Below are positions 22,007 to 35,806 of a DNA stretch of 64,000 nt, piece by piece. Under the pieces are notes generated by a model. It was not told the DNA's origin, searched no databases, and saw nothing but the letters and a program-made list of their open reading frames with translations. This DNA comes from Phoronis australis (Eukaryota > Animalia > Phoronida): positions 74,270 through 138,269 of the forward strand of contig NMRA01000522.1 in assembly GCA_002633005.1 (NCBI GenBank). The letters are read 5' to 3'. Each line of letters starts with the position of its first letter. Positions within the stretch are counted from its first letter, which is position 1. A program made the translations under genes and the position numbers.

Positions 22007-25000
22007 TTTTTTCTTTCTATTTCATGTATTTATTATCATTTACAAACAATTACAAAAACAAACAAACAAATAAGTACACCATTCATTCACGCATGCACAC
22101 CTCAGGAAGACCATTCTCATATCTCGTTTAAAGTAAATATCTTCTACATGAAGTTAACATGAACAATAAAATTTTCCCATTTCGCAGAGAAGCTGTCATA
22201 TACAAAGTTTTTATGTGCATTTAATTTTTCAGCATTATAGTATTCATAAGTTTTTGTAACGAACTTGAGAAAATTAGGTATATTTTTGTGACATCTCTCC
22301 TTGTAAATGTACTGTTTAGCTAGTAGAAGCAAAATGTTAAATAGAAAATCATGCGTCTTGTAAAGTCCAAGAATAACAATATCGTAAGACAGACAGTTGG
22401 GAAGCTGAATGCCACACTTTTGAAGTAGCTTTCCGAATTCCTTCCAGAAATCTTGTACAAAGCTACATTCCCAAAAAAGGTGTGACAGCGTCTCTGGAGC
22501 TTTATTACAAAAGGAACATAGATCAGAATCCCTAACACATATTTTGACTAAAAAGGTATTTGTTGCAATAATTCTATGTAGTATTCTAAATTGGAACCAT
22601 CTAATATGGGAATCCTTTGTAATTTTGTAAGGTAAAGCATATATTTTCTTCCAATCTAAACTATCTCCTAGCTCTATTTCCCATTTACACTCTGACTTAG
22701 GTTTCTTAACATTATTAAAGACTGAACAAATATGTCTACAACCTTTCAAATCTTTCCGTAAGTGAGTAATTGCTAAAGGCATACAAGGACAGTAGACATT
22801 GACACTTTTAAATTTACTTTGAAATAGACTTTTTTGAAACCTTCTTAGAACAGAAACAACACCATTATATTCTACAAAGTTGGTTTTCACGTCGAACCTA
22901 TTTTTCATATTGTTCAGACTAACAAAATCACCATCAGAGGTATACATATCTCTAATAAATTTTAAGCCTTTTACAAACCAAGGCTTATAAAAAACACCTG
23001 TGCCTCCGATCGCCAGGTTACTATTAAACCACAAAGGTTGGTTCAAAAAGTCTTCTTTACTCGCAACAATTATTTTCTTGTAGAAAGATAACATACTTCC
23101 AAATACGTCGCGCCAGTAGGAATTACCAATTAGAGTTAACTTCGGCTTAATAAAGTCATCTCCAAATGAAGCAAAATTCTTTAAGAACGGGTAGAGTGAG
23201 AACAGTAATTCACCACTTTTAGACGCAGGGCTTTCAAGATATCTACGGGCCATAGCGAGTTTTAAAGCTTTGCTGAAAGTATGCATATTAACCATTTGAA
23301 TTCCCCCTTGATCAAGTCCTAAACAGGCCGTAGTTCGTTTAATTTTATCATTACGGGCCTGCCATACATATCTAAAAAATGTCGTAATCAATTCACCCAA
23401 GACTTTCACTGGTGGATTTGGTAAACTTGACAACAAAAAATGAAGTTTACAAATAGCTAATGTTTTAATTACCGTTACTCTACCAAACGGCGTTAAATTT
23501 CGTCGACTCCAACTTTTTAGTAGACTTGATCTCAGTTATTCTTGCAGTGAAGTTCTTATGCGTCATACTATCCAATTGAGTGTCAAAATCCACCCCCANC
23601 GTCGACTCCAACTTTTTAGTAAAGACTTGATCTCAGTTATTCTTGCAGTGAAGTTCTTATGTGTCATACTATCCAGTTGAGTGTCAAAATCCACCCCCAA
23701 AAATCTAAAAGATTTTTTTGTCCAAGACAGACTTTCTTTTGTAGGAATCACGTCATCGCTACCAGTTTTACTTCCAAACCATATGGCTTTTGTTTTATCC
23801 ACATTCACTTGGAGACCGGAGACACTAGCAAACAAATGTAGTACATTCAGTGTGGTAGTCAATGACAAATTCGACCCATCCAACGTAATTGATGTGTCAT
23901 CCGCATATTGCGAAATCAAATATTCCTTATTCCCAGCAACTACACCAGCAATATTTTTATTATTCTTGATTAAATACGCCAAAATCTCCGCGCACAATAT
24001 AAAAATGTAGGGAGACAATGGGTCACCTTGTCTGCAGCCATGCGAAATATTGAACCAAGAAGATGGGTGACCATTTACGACAACACAGGACTTAATATTA
24101 CTGTAAAAGACTTTCACCNTGATTAAATACGCCAAAATCTCCGCGCACAATATAAAAATGTAGGGAGACAAAGGGTCACCTTGTCTGCAGCCACGCGAAA
24201 TATTGAACCAAGAAGATGGGTGACCATTTACGACAACACAGGACTTAATATTATTGTAAAAGACTTTCACCCACCTTCTGATTGACCAACCAAAATTAAG
24301 GAAAAATAAAGTTTTTTGAATAAAATTCCACGACAATGAATCAAATGCTTTCTCAAAATCAATCAGTAAAAGCAGTCCAGGTTTGTTAGCTGCCTGGGCA
24401 TAAAACATTAAATCATATAGCACTCGGATATTTTCGTTCATATTTCTTCCAGAAACGAAACCTGTCTGGTCCTTACTGATTACTTTTTCCAAAACGGATT
24501 TTAACCGTTCAGCTACTGCCGAAGAAGCCAATTTATATGTCACACTGAGCAAGGATACGAGTCTCCAGTTTTTCAAATAATGTTTACTTTTATCTGCTCC
24601 CTTAAGGATGCAGGTGATCACTCCCTCTTTCTGTGTTGAGGATAACTGGCCAACAGCAAAACCTGTATTAAGTGAGCGAACAACGAAATGTCCAATGTCA
24701 GCCCAAACAAATTTCAAAAATTCCACTGAAAAACCATCAGAGCCTGGGCTTTTGTTGTTTTTCATTTTTTTCAAGCATTGTGTGACTTCTTCATATGTAA
24801 AAAGACCTTCTAATTTTTCTTTTTCTGTCTCATTCAGCTTGGAGACACAAACATTATCAAGAAGAGTTTTTAAAAAGTATTGTTAGTCTGTCTATATCTG
24901 TATAGATTTTCATAAAAAGTATTGGTTTCCTGAATAACCTCTTCTTCACTATTGGTTTTAGTATTGTCAGATTTCCACAAAAAAGGCATAAACTTACTTG

Positions 25001-28000
25001 TGTAATGCCTATTTTCCAAGTGAAGAAAATATTTGGAAGGCTTTTCACCTTCTTCAATCCATCTTGCTCTCGACCTAGTCATAAGACCTCTTAACTTATT
25101 TTGCCTTAGCTCGGCAAGTAAATTATTTTTTTGTCCCAGTAGTTCCCTGTCAAGGCTTAGACTTTTTTCCAACAAGCTTATTTCTTTGATAAGTTGCTGT
25201 TCAACTCTATCACTTTTTCTTTTTAAGTAAGTAGCAAAGGAAATTGTTTTGCCGCGAATCTACATCAACAACGTTTCAAGAAAAAGTTGATCATTTATAG
25301 ACAATTGTAAATCTGAATTACTTGTACTATCAACAGTCTGAATGTCGTCAGTCATATACTGTTGTTTAACTAATTTAATAGTATTCTTGACTGCAGCAAT
25401 ATACTCAGAGTTTTTTAGGAGAGAATAAGAGAGAATAATTAAACTTCCAAAATGATTTTCTCCTCCTGGAAACATCACTTTAAAAAAAAAACGTTACCAT
25501 TGAATGATCGGAACGGTAACCGAATTTTATTATGGAGTCGTCAATATCAGCTAAAAGGTTTTCAGAAATTAGAAAAAATCTAGTCTGGATCGTTTACTTT
25601 CAGCTCTCCAAGTATATTCTTTACTACTGGGGTTTAGTTCCCGCCACACATCAACAATAGACAATTCTGTACAAATCTCCATCAACTTAATCCGTGACTT
25701 CGGGTTATTAACCTGTCGATAATTAAGCGTGTCCTTAGACTGATCGAGAGCAAGATTAAAATCGCCTGCCCAAATAACAGAGTAATTTCCTATATCTTGA
25801 ATATCTTGTTTTATTCTTTCAAAAAAAGACGGCGAGTCCCTATTCGGACAATACGTATTAATTAACGTAATTCTTGTCTCGTTAATAGTAATATCCAAAA
25901 TTAATTTATTACCATTGTAGTCTTGCCTAATGTTATGTAATTTATACTCAAAAGTGTTCTTAAAGAGGATCGCCACTCCACGGGAGTTTGAGGAATTTGA
26001 ATTGAAAAAACATTCATATCCCCACATTGATCTAATATTGTTTTCTTCTCTCTTAGTAAAGTGTGTGTCCTGTAGGCAATAGATGGAGTATTGTTTTTCT
26101 CCTAAATAATTGAGTACATCTTTTCGTTTTTCATGGAGACCCAGCCCTCTGCAGTTCAATGACGTTACTTTAAGTTCACCTGTCATCATTACAACGGTTA
26201 TGCACATATATCAAATGACAATCAAATAATAATGGTACAATCCTGACCCATTCACACCACATACACACAAAACAAAACAAAAACAATACAAACACATCCA
26301 CGAGCACATCATAGATTTCACAGAGTACAACATCGATGTGAAATATGATGTAACATAGGATAGAAAAACTGATCCTCATGGTAAGGCTTATTCTCCCAGT
26401 ATTTTTCATAATGAGACTATAATAAAAACATTTAGAAGCATTGCCCACACGGTCTCATACAAAAAACAAGTGGAACGAAATTTAAGGATAACTACACTTC
26501 AGTAAAGTGATTTGGCTCTATAGTATGCGTTTGAGACTTGTCGGGACGCCCGCACAGAGCAAACAGATCACACACATAAAATAATAAGGTTGCCCGCACT
26601 CCGTGGCTACACGCAATACAAAACCCTCTCATAAATAGTCTCCCAGATAGATTGCCCAGCATGAAGCTATATGACGCTTAGACCAAAACAGAGCAAAATA
26701 GAACACAGCTACAACAATAAAACTACGCGACATAGCCTGAGTAGCAGGTATATGTTAGCTGTGAAAACGATACGTTGGGCACAACGGCTAACGTGAAGAA
26801 AAAAATAGGCTGATCATATATACAGTAATGGCTACCGGAAGTACGGGAAGTACGTTTGTACTGAGGTCTCTCAACAGGGTCCCAAGTACCTGACAATTAT
26901 GGTACGCTACACTTGTAGTTTGGCAATTGCACATGGAGTTCAGAAGCAGTTAAAGGTTAAATGGATAATGTGAAGCATTGGAGTCACCGTAAAACTCAAT
27001 CAACTTAACGGAAAAGGAAATTCATCCGTCTTTCATGCAGACTATAGTACAAAAGTGAGTAGTCTTACCAAAAGCTGAATACAAGACGTTGGAAACTATT
27101 GCACTACTGTATTATATTCTGGCTTGCGTGTATATTGTTGATCTGAGAGTTAGATGCCCTGTAAATCTTCCATGCTGCTCACCGGTTTAATTTCATTGGC
27201 CCAGTTCTTGTAATAAATTCTTCCATCATATGTCCAGCAATTCTGAATCCGGGCGCCCAGGTCTCTACAAGCCTTGTACAACTGTGCTCGTTTTTTGGTC
27301 AGATTCTCGTTAACGTAGATCTTGCCAGCTTCAGTTTTCAATTTCTTTTTATTTCTCATGAATTCGGCTCTTGCATTGTAATTCGTAAATTTCACAATAA
27401 TTGACCTCGTCTTGGCATTACCTTGGATTTTTTTACCTAGGCGGTGACTGCGACACATGTCAGACTTCTCAACGGTAGCACCAATTCTTTTTGCTAGACC
27501 AATAACAATGTCGTCTGTGCACTCCTTGTCAGTTTCTTTTATTCCGCTGATTACAACGCAGTTTCAGCGGCTATACTGTTCAAGCTCATCCAAATCAGAT
27601 TCAAACCTGTGCATCTGAGAGCCACTTTCTTGCTTCAGCTTGTCGAGTTGATTTTCAAGTGTTATTTTTTATCCTTTTCAGCCATTTTTGATCGTATTGA
27701 AGCTCTAGTGCTTTATACATTTCAGACAAACCAGCGTCAATTAAGGGCTTTATCATGTTTGTAAACAGTGACTGGATATCTGAGTCCATGAGTGCCTCTT
27801 TTAGTTCATCTTTCAATGACAGAGTCTTCTTGGTGACATTTTGTCCCTTTCCTGTCAATATGGCGTCCATTGTCGGTTGCTTCAGAGGTTTTTTTGACGT
27901 CGAAGCTCGGAGTTCACTAGAGTTTCGGCTTGGTGTTCTTTTTCTGCCACTTGTCGGGGTCTGGTCGTTATTCCTAAACATGCGAGATGAATTACTGTCG

Positions 28001-28099
28001 GTTCTGTCTTCAAACTATATTAATTTCGTTATTGTTAGATGGGAGAGTCCGCACAAGTCAGAAAACCAACCTTCCCGCCACGAGGGTCACGTGTCCTCC
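22007..28099 (-). mobile_element. Full-length but disrupted Tx1/L1-clade LINE with target-site duplication
   Basis: ORF1 27981-27150 (frameshifted; DELEQYSR, RSHRLGK, RSIIVKF, IYVNENLTK, CWTYDGRI). ORF2: endonuclease 26207-25569 (SLNCRGL, CLQDTH, SRGVAILF, GDFN, SRLDFF), RT 24774-23563 (KSPGSDG, LLIDFEKAFDS, GCRQGDPLSP, SQYADD), and C-terminal CSFC...ETLSHLFWEC. TCGATATTG is repeated at 21998-22006 and 28100-28108, extending imperfectly into tttctttct. Confidence 0.93.
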
Positions 28100-28745
28100 T
28101 CGATATTGGTTTCTTTCTTGACATTGCCGAGTCATGTTTGCGTCCTTCAACGGGGTCAAAAAGATTTGTGATCTTATCCGTTAGGTATTGCTAGTTTTTT
28201 GAAATTTTAGACAGTGCACTCATTTGTGGCCAATGTAGCAATATCTTTAATGCTGTGAGGATCTTCAAATGGGTCTGGCCATCAACAGTTGGTCAACGGG
28301 ACTCCTTATTATGTAATGGTCTCTGTACATTCTCTGACTATTTGCTCTGTCAGCCATGTGTGGTGAGTTTAAGACTATATCTTAAATAACGGTCAACCAG
28401 GGTGGTAGATACAATTTCTGATAAAACGCTTGATCGTCTTCTAAAGCCCAAATATAGAAACTTTCTATACCTCCTGCTTCACATCTGTGTTTTAGCGAGT
28501 AAAACTGTGGCATATTCAGGGCACTGCAATCTACGGAGGTCTCCCTGTTCATATCTGACCATGGTCCTGTATTGTTAAGTATAGTTTTGAATATCAAATC
28601 TGAAACCAAAAGTTAGAAAATAAAATAAAATAGCATTCGCTTATGGACAACGAAGCAGTAGGAAATCTGCAACGCAGAATTTTATTGACAAAATCAAACA
28701 ATTAGTTTTCCCGAATTTAAGTATCAAATAATCTGCTTGTCATAG

Positions 28746-29645
28746 TGTCAGACGATTGACTGTGGGTTTGTTTAAAAGGTAGCTATGCTTTGAGATTGTG
28801 CGTAGATGGAGAGTGAATAATCAAATCCAGTAATTAATTATTATATGATAACCCCTAATTAGACAAATGAAACCTATTGTTAATTAAGTAATCAACTACA
28901 AAGAGTAACTGCGCTAGCGCCCTCTTTAAAGATTACTTTAATCAAACAACCAAAACGATCAAATGTCTTATATCTGCTATCCAACCTAGGACTCTCCACT
29001 TGTTGGATGTCTGTCCTGTTGGTGAATCTTCGAACTACACACACACTGTATAGCGACAGTGTACTTGCTGGTCACCGTCTCTGGTGATGCAACACTTGCA
29101 GGCAATTTCTTCTACCCGCGACTCTTCTTGCTGGTCACAGTCTCTGGCTGATGACGCAACACTTCAGGTAGTATCTTACTACCCACGATGCAAGTGACAA
29201 GCTCTTAGTTAACTTCCTGTTCATTAACCCTTGCCCTTGCCAAGATCCTTTCTAGAATCTTCCACGAGTTGGCTCTGTCGTACAATTCCTTCTGTACACC
29301 GTAGCAAGTCTTTATGCTTCAACTACTATAGCGCATCTAATTATCTTGTTGATTTCAGCCCATAATATAACATTCTACTTATTTAGTGATTGGCTAATAA
29401 AAACCACATGATCATATCCACTCATATTATTGGCTGTTACAATTTGTTCTCAGAATATTCTAGAATCTCTAGAGTACTTTGACCCCAGAACCCAAAGTTG
29501 TAAACACCATCTAAAAATAGATTTTGACGTTAAAATACATGTCACCAAGTCTGACCCCATGATTTAAAAGTACATATGCACAAATTTTGGGCAACTTAAA
29601 ATGGATCTATTCTTACTAATTACTTAATCAATATTTATTCTGACA
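28746..29645. mobile_element. Solo LTR, 900 bp
   Basis: TGTCAGA...TCTGACA termini with a perfect 5-bp TSD CATAG (28741-28745, 29646-29650); internal ~65-bp direct repeat at about 29064-29190; two CCAAT boxes on - (about 29390, 29430). Confidence 0.8.
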
Positions 29646-30637
29646 CATAGTGAACAGAGATAATGGGAAAGTTATGCATTTTTGGCAAAGGCATGAAATT
29701 ATGTGATCAACAAGCGGTATCAGCCTGACGAGGTATGCGGGGCCCCGGCCTAGTGGAGAAGAAGGCACGGGATTCCACCCATGAATAAAATAACAATTTC
29801 TATTTAGAAAAAAGACATGTTCATGTTTGTTGAATGATTCCTATCCACTAAAGCATCATTGAAGAAAATAAGTTTAAAAAAACTTGTAGAATATTGAGCA
29901 AAAAGGCGGGAAATTATATTGGGGATTGTCAATGATTAATTTATTGAAAGAAAGATGTTTTTTGACGAGGGAATTATTTGTTTCATTATGGACTCTGATG
30001 GATTTTTAAATAATAATTGAAATTATTATTTCCCATCAAAGTTCTGAGTCGTATACAGGAAGAAGACAAGTCAAGGAATATGGTCAGTGAGCATTTTGAT
30101 CCGAGTTTGCGGGTAACAGGCTTCGACCAGTGACCTGAGCCATTAAGTTCACTTGAGGATGACAGCTCAGCGCGTTGTTACTCATCTGCTCTAGAGGGCC
30201 CCATTCAGGGGTTTTGGCTCATTTTCATAGCACATGTAATAATTAACACACTTGCATAAACAACCGTAAGCATTTTCTATCTCTTATTCACAATGCGGGA
30301 CTCTCCCAGTTTCTCAATCGACCATCTCTACGGTAACAGTTGCTCATTGGGATCGCACTTCAGATTGGAAAATTGGACAAACCCACCTTTGATGGTAGAC
30401 TTTCGAAAGTATCCAGAAATGCCTGTACACCTTTAAAAATATTCATAATTTTTAGAATTAGTGTATGACGGATACAGATATCGTTACCAGTTACTTTTAT
30501 AAATGTTCATTATTTTTTAGATGCTACATACTTACTGGCATGTGGTCCACTTCACTTGACAAACGTGGTCTTCGACAGCGAAAGTATACCTCTCTGATAA
30601 CGAAGCAACTTTAATTACGAAGATTCGAACGCTACCG

Positions 30638-31158
30638 ATCCATCCATCCACCCAATCGCCCACCAACTTCTCGTCCGTCCGTCCATCCACCTTCCCACCC
30701 TATCATACATCAGTCCATCCACCATTCCATCCATCCACCTGTCCAATCATGAATCCGACCCTCCACCCAATCACCCTCCTACCCATCCATTCACACATCC
30801 ATCCACCCCCCACCCACCTGTAAACCTACCTAGTTATCCACCCGACCCCCATCCACCTGTCCCTCGAATCTATCTATCCACCTACCCATCTATCTATCCA
30901 CCCATCCATCCATCCATCCACCCACCCATCCATCCACCCATCCATCCCTCCATCCACCCATCCACAAATCCACCCACCCATCCACCCATCCATCCATCCA
31001 TCCATCCACCCATCCATCCATCCACCCACCCATCCATCCATTCACACATCCATCCCTCGTCCGTCCGTCTATCCACCCACCCATGCATCCATCCACCCAC
31101 ACATCTATTCACGCTTCCGTCCATCTGTATGTTTATCTGCTGGCACTAATGTCCGTCC
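30638..31158. repeat. Degenerate (CATC/CACC)n microsatellite ending in (GTCC)(GTCT)n
   Basis: Read directly from the sequence. Confidence 0.9.
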
Positions 31159-31341
31159 GTCTGTCTGTCTGTCTGTCTTGCTATCATTGACAGGCAAACG
31201 AAAACGTTTTCAGAATGTCCTGCTTATAAAACCAACAATCAGCTCGTAAATCTTTTATCAAAATAGCAAACACAACAAGCGGCACTTCAGTATTCCTTGG
31301 CCATCTAATTGTTCGTTAATAGACCAGACAAGTCGCATGAC

Positions 31342-32065
31342 AATAATAATAATAATAAACGTTATTTAAAGAGGTTAAAAATACAATAAATGTAAAACAT
31401 GCTTTAGCCAAAGGCTAATATCCAGCATGGTCCTCTGCAGCAAGAAATTAAATTAATTAAATTAAGTTAGATAAACAGATTAAATTAAGATACAATAAGA
31501 TACATTAAATACAATATTATTTACAAATTGGATAAACAAATTGAATTAAAGATAAATAAATAAATATTTTTTTTTGGTAAATTGGAAAGACAAAAAGGAG
31601 GGACATCTATGACGACCACAGGTAACTGATGAGGTGGTGTCTGAAATTATCATAACAGTCAGCATCCTTAAGACTATTAGGCAAATTGTTCCACTGTTTG
31701 ATGGTCTGAATAAAGAAGGACTTAGAATAAAACGATGTTCTGTGTCTGGGCAAAACCAAATTGTTTGAGGCAGAAAATCTTGTCCTGATCTGGTGGCTAT
31801 TTCGTACAAGTATGAGATTATGAGATAGATAGGTACATTACCGTGAAAGCACCTATGCATCATTCACAGACGCCTATATATAAAATATTTGTCAATAGGG
31901 AGCCACCCCAGTCTATTAAACATATGAGTTGACGGAGTGTCAAAAGGCACACATAGAAAAGTCTGGCCGCCTGCTTCTGAGCCTTCAATAAAGAGGAAAC
32001 TAATTTTGCATTGCATCCTGGCCACACTGTACTACAATAAATCTATATTAATTATAAGGTTAGAG
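31342..32065 (-). mobile_element. 3' fragment of a CR1/L2-group LINE
   Basis: On -: TPSTHMFNRLGWLPI..MMHRCFHGNVPIYL...KSFFIQTIKQWNNLPNSLK, followed by an AT-rich 3'UTR and a (TTA)n tail at about 31342-31360. Confidence 0.75.
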
Positions 32066-34095
32066 GATACTCTTGATGCTCACAAACTATAGCGCCATCT
32101 TTTGATTGATTGGAACAAAGACATAATCTTTGTACAAGGTCAAGCAGGATAAAATTTCTTCGCTAACAAAATATCGAGTTCCAGTAGACAGCAAACACAT
32201 CATACCGCACTTCGGTATCCCTTAGCCATCCATCTAATTGTAGGCTACAATGATATCCCAGAAAAGTCGCTTGATAGATCGGTAATGATGTAATGAAAAT
32301 TAAACAAGTCCAGGAGTGTATTAATGGGAACTTTTGAGATTTACAAACTAGCGCCATCTTTTGAATGATTGGAACGAACGGGCAGATACTGTGTAATTAT
32401 TATAATCAATATATCTGTGGTTCAAGATCAACAGGGATAAAATTCTTTTCCGAACAGAATACTGACTTCCGATAGACCCGGCGTGATGGCAAAGTTTTGG
32501 CTTCCACAAGACGCAGGCGAACGCCATGATTACGGCAAAATGCACCTACATTTGCATGAAAACACCATCAGCTGAACAGTCACATTCATTTGTTTTCCGC
32601 ACTTCCGGCAACCAGCAGCTATTGGAAAACAATGACATTGTGAATGTTTGAGAGAACAACAGTTCCCTCTTTTTTAAGTTTGCTAGCAGACATCGATTAA
32701 GTGTCATCTTTTGCAATGCCTGTTGATCTTACACCATGTTCAGGTGGGAGTCTTCACAAAGGTGCCCTATCTGCCGTCTTAGCATAATTAACATAAAACA
32801 AAATACATCTACATGACGTAATTAAAAATCCCCACAAGACATCTACCCTAATGAGAATGACGTAAGTCAAACTTATCAAAACACCTATATTTGGTCAAGG
32901 ATTTAAATTCACGTAGGTTTTCTAATAATCACGTCATGGATTGCGCCTCTGATGGAAGAATTCACTCGTTCACCTCACTATGGCTGGCGCCTCGTGCCAA
33001 TCGCTTATCAAAAACGCAGCAGTATGCGGACACGCTACAGACACGAAATGGATCATGCGAGAACAACTGTACGACAATAATATAAAAGAAAAAAATCTCA
33101 ATGCAATCATTACCCATTATGTATGTAACGCCAACGTGCTCTTTCGAGGAGACATGCAGTGCACTCGTGCATTAAACTTGTTCATATGAGTGCAATGCTA
33201 TCGTCGTCGTACGATGCACGCCTGATCCGGAAGTCGCAGATGGAATACGCTGAGATTTAATAAAAGGGCGTATTTTATAGCAACCTAAAGTAATTATTCT
33301 GAGAATGCATGCGTTGCGAGTGCCTTGCATGTAACAATACATACACGAATCCTTGAGTCCTCATTACGAATATTCCTCTGGTACCCGCGGTAGGTTGTAA
33401 TTATTTTGGGATCGCACTGTAAATCTGAGCGTGATATATCAGCGACTTTCGCAGTCACGTGTACATTATACAACGACGATTGTATTTCACTCGTATGACC
33501 GAGTGTAATGCACTCTTGTGAACGAGTAAAATGCACGCATACTCAAAATAACAGGTTGGGTTGTTATGAAATTCAAAGCGCAGTGTATAACCGACTTCCG
33601 GATTCACGCTTGTATAGTGTTGCAAAAATGCATTGCACGCGTTCTCAAAATAACAATTTGACGCTTAATAATTATATGCATATGCATCTTCCGTCTATTT
33701 TCTGGTACAATTCAAGTGCGTCTTTGGAGGGGTCTTCACATGTAAAACACGCAGGTCTCTATGGAAACTAATTGATTTCCATGAACTGGACAAACTAATG
33801 CCAGGTTGTCTACATTAAGCACCAGTCAAAGGCTAAATAATCTGTGATGTAATCCTTGATGGATTTCTTTCTAATTTATTATTGAAAAGATGAAGTTGTG
33901 GTAGGCTAAAGTATTTCTGTGTGTCATTAGTAAAGACTAGATTAATTTTCAACAACAGTCGTCGACGATGCTGAAAAACGTATAATACAAGATGTGCTGG
34001 AATATCTTACCTTTTGTTTAGAAGACAAACTGAACTCACAGTTTTAGATTTGCCTTTAAATTGTTCTCATTGTTTGAGCATGAGTTTGAAGTTAA

Positions 34096-34828
34096 GGGAT
34101 ATTAAACGATGTTTAGGTGATTTCACCTAAAGCTTACGTGATGAATTATTTCACAAAAATACATTTTAAACAAAACCACTTTCTAACAGTGTTGCAAAAT
34201 AAGCTGTGTCACAAGGATGAGCGTGTCACATCACAGTAACAGCCGATTTGTTCTCTCAAAGCGGGGTCAACAAAGTTTAGTTTCCCAAGTTTCTTGCGAG
34301 AAAACGAGATCTCGCAAAATCACGTGAGTGAAAGGCGTTTCGCAAAGGTGCTCGAGACCTCACTATAGTAACTTACCATGCTGACAAACAGCGAAGAGAT
34401 TAGTTTGCGCGGTTGTAATGTTGACGTATGGTATAGAACGCTGTTTCCGTTCAACTAGAGGAAGATTTTTTGCCGTAAGTGCGAACTAATGGCTTAGGAC
34501 AGTGGAACCCAACCCAGGTTCAACAAATTTTAAAAGACGTTTTGATTCATTCTAAACTTCTGAGGTTGACAAGAATTTACGGAGCACAATTTTTTCAAGA
34601 AATTTCATTGGGACATATTTACATAATAAAGAGTGTTGAAGATTAAATCAATCTATTAAAGGAGATAGAAACGCTGATTGTTTTTTTTTTTTAATTTCCT
34701 CTTGAAAATATGAAAAGCTTCGCACTACAGGGTGCAAGATATGCTTCTAAACCTGAGGAAAATCAAAAAGAAAGTGTCTTTGAGTCATTAATTCTTTGCA
34801 TTTTTATTTTTCAAAAATCATATTTCCC
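34096..34828. mobile_element. TTAA-flanked non-autonomous element (Kolobok-like)
   Basis: TTAA|GGGATAT ... ATTTCCC|TTAA with a CpG-rich centre; the TIR is short. Confidence 0.4.
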
Positions 34829-35658
34829 TTAATATTTTTCCCCAAACTACTATCACTGTGGTCCAGTTCAAGTCAACATAATACAAAGCCATTGTTATAG
34901 TGGTTATAAGGGTCTGTTTTTTTGTTTTTGATATTTGGAAAATTAACCATGTACAGTCATGATTTCCCTTTCGCATTAAAAATAGAATTGTTATCAACTT
35001 AAAGTGATATTATTCCTGTGCTTTCTGTCAAAAACAAGTTTTATTTAGTTATCTTACTGTTATAAAATTAGCTTGACCTTTTGCCTTACTCGGTAAGAAA
35101 TTATAGCTTATTATCTTCAGTCCAAGTTCAGAAAGTTTCAGGTCACGCCGGCTTTGGTGCCGCTTCAAGGAAACCGTGGTATGGATTTCATTTGTATTGC
35201 ATTTCCTAAAAATTGATCATAACATGACTGAGAATCAAACTGAAGCGTAATGCTAGCACTGTGAAATTAAAAACTGAGATGCACGTGTCTTCCAAAAACT
35301 GCTTTAGGGTGGTGATGTGGTAACATTATTGCTAAAATCTATTAATCTATTTTCTCCATTCCTCCAACCTAGTTACCTTCGTACGACATTTCGGGCGTGT
35401 CACTTCTCCGGTCATTTTCAGGTGTTACAGCGTTCTTAGAAGAACAAGCACGGATGTATGCTACACTCATGATGGTCAATGATAAGCACCTTTTATTTTT
35501 TTCTTGGCGCAAGCTGGGGTTGATTCTGGAACATTTAGATTGCCAGTTGAGTACTCTAACCACAACACCACCGAGTAAAATTTGCTGCTCTTAGAAAAAC
35601 TAGCAGAGAGTAACTCTACTGTAGTGTTACTGCTCTTTCATTGTTTAGTTCGTTCTTT

Positions 35659-35806
35659 TAGTGCTGTAGTGGGGCGTAAGCGCACCTAGGCGCAGCCAAC
35701 CACCTCTTGGCATTTGAACGTAGCGCCTACGCACCGTAAGTTACGTTCAGTGCTCAAGGTGGGCTTTGAGCGCCTACTTACCACTTATTTTACCACTACA
35801 GCATTG
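35659..35806. mobile_element. hAT-type MITE, 148 bp
   Basis: TIRs TAGTGCTGTAGTGG / CCACTACAGCATTG; 8-bp TSD cgttcttt / cattcttt (1 mismatch). Confidence 0.7.

Noticed and set aside
35369-35415. Penelope-type hammerhead ribozyme on the minus strand
   Set aside because: It reads CTGAAAA...CGAAA rather than CTGANGA...GAAA and stem II pairs poorly, so it is at most a dead remnant. Other CTGANGA hits I inspected lacked a proper stem followed by GAAA.
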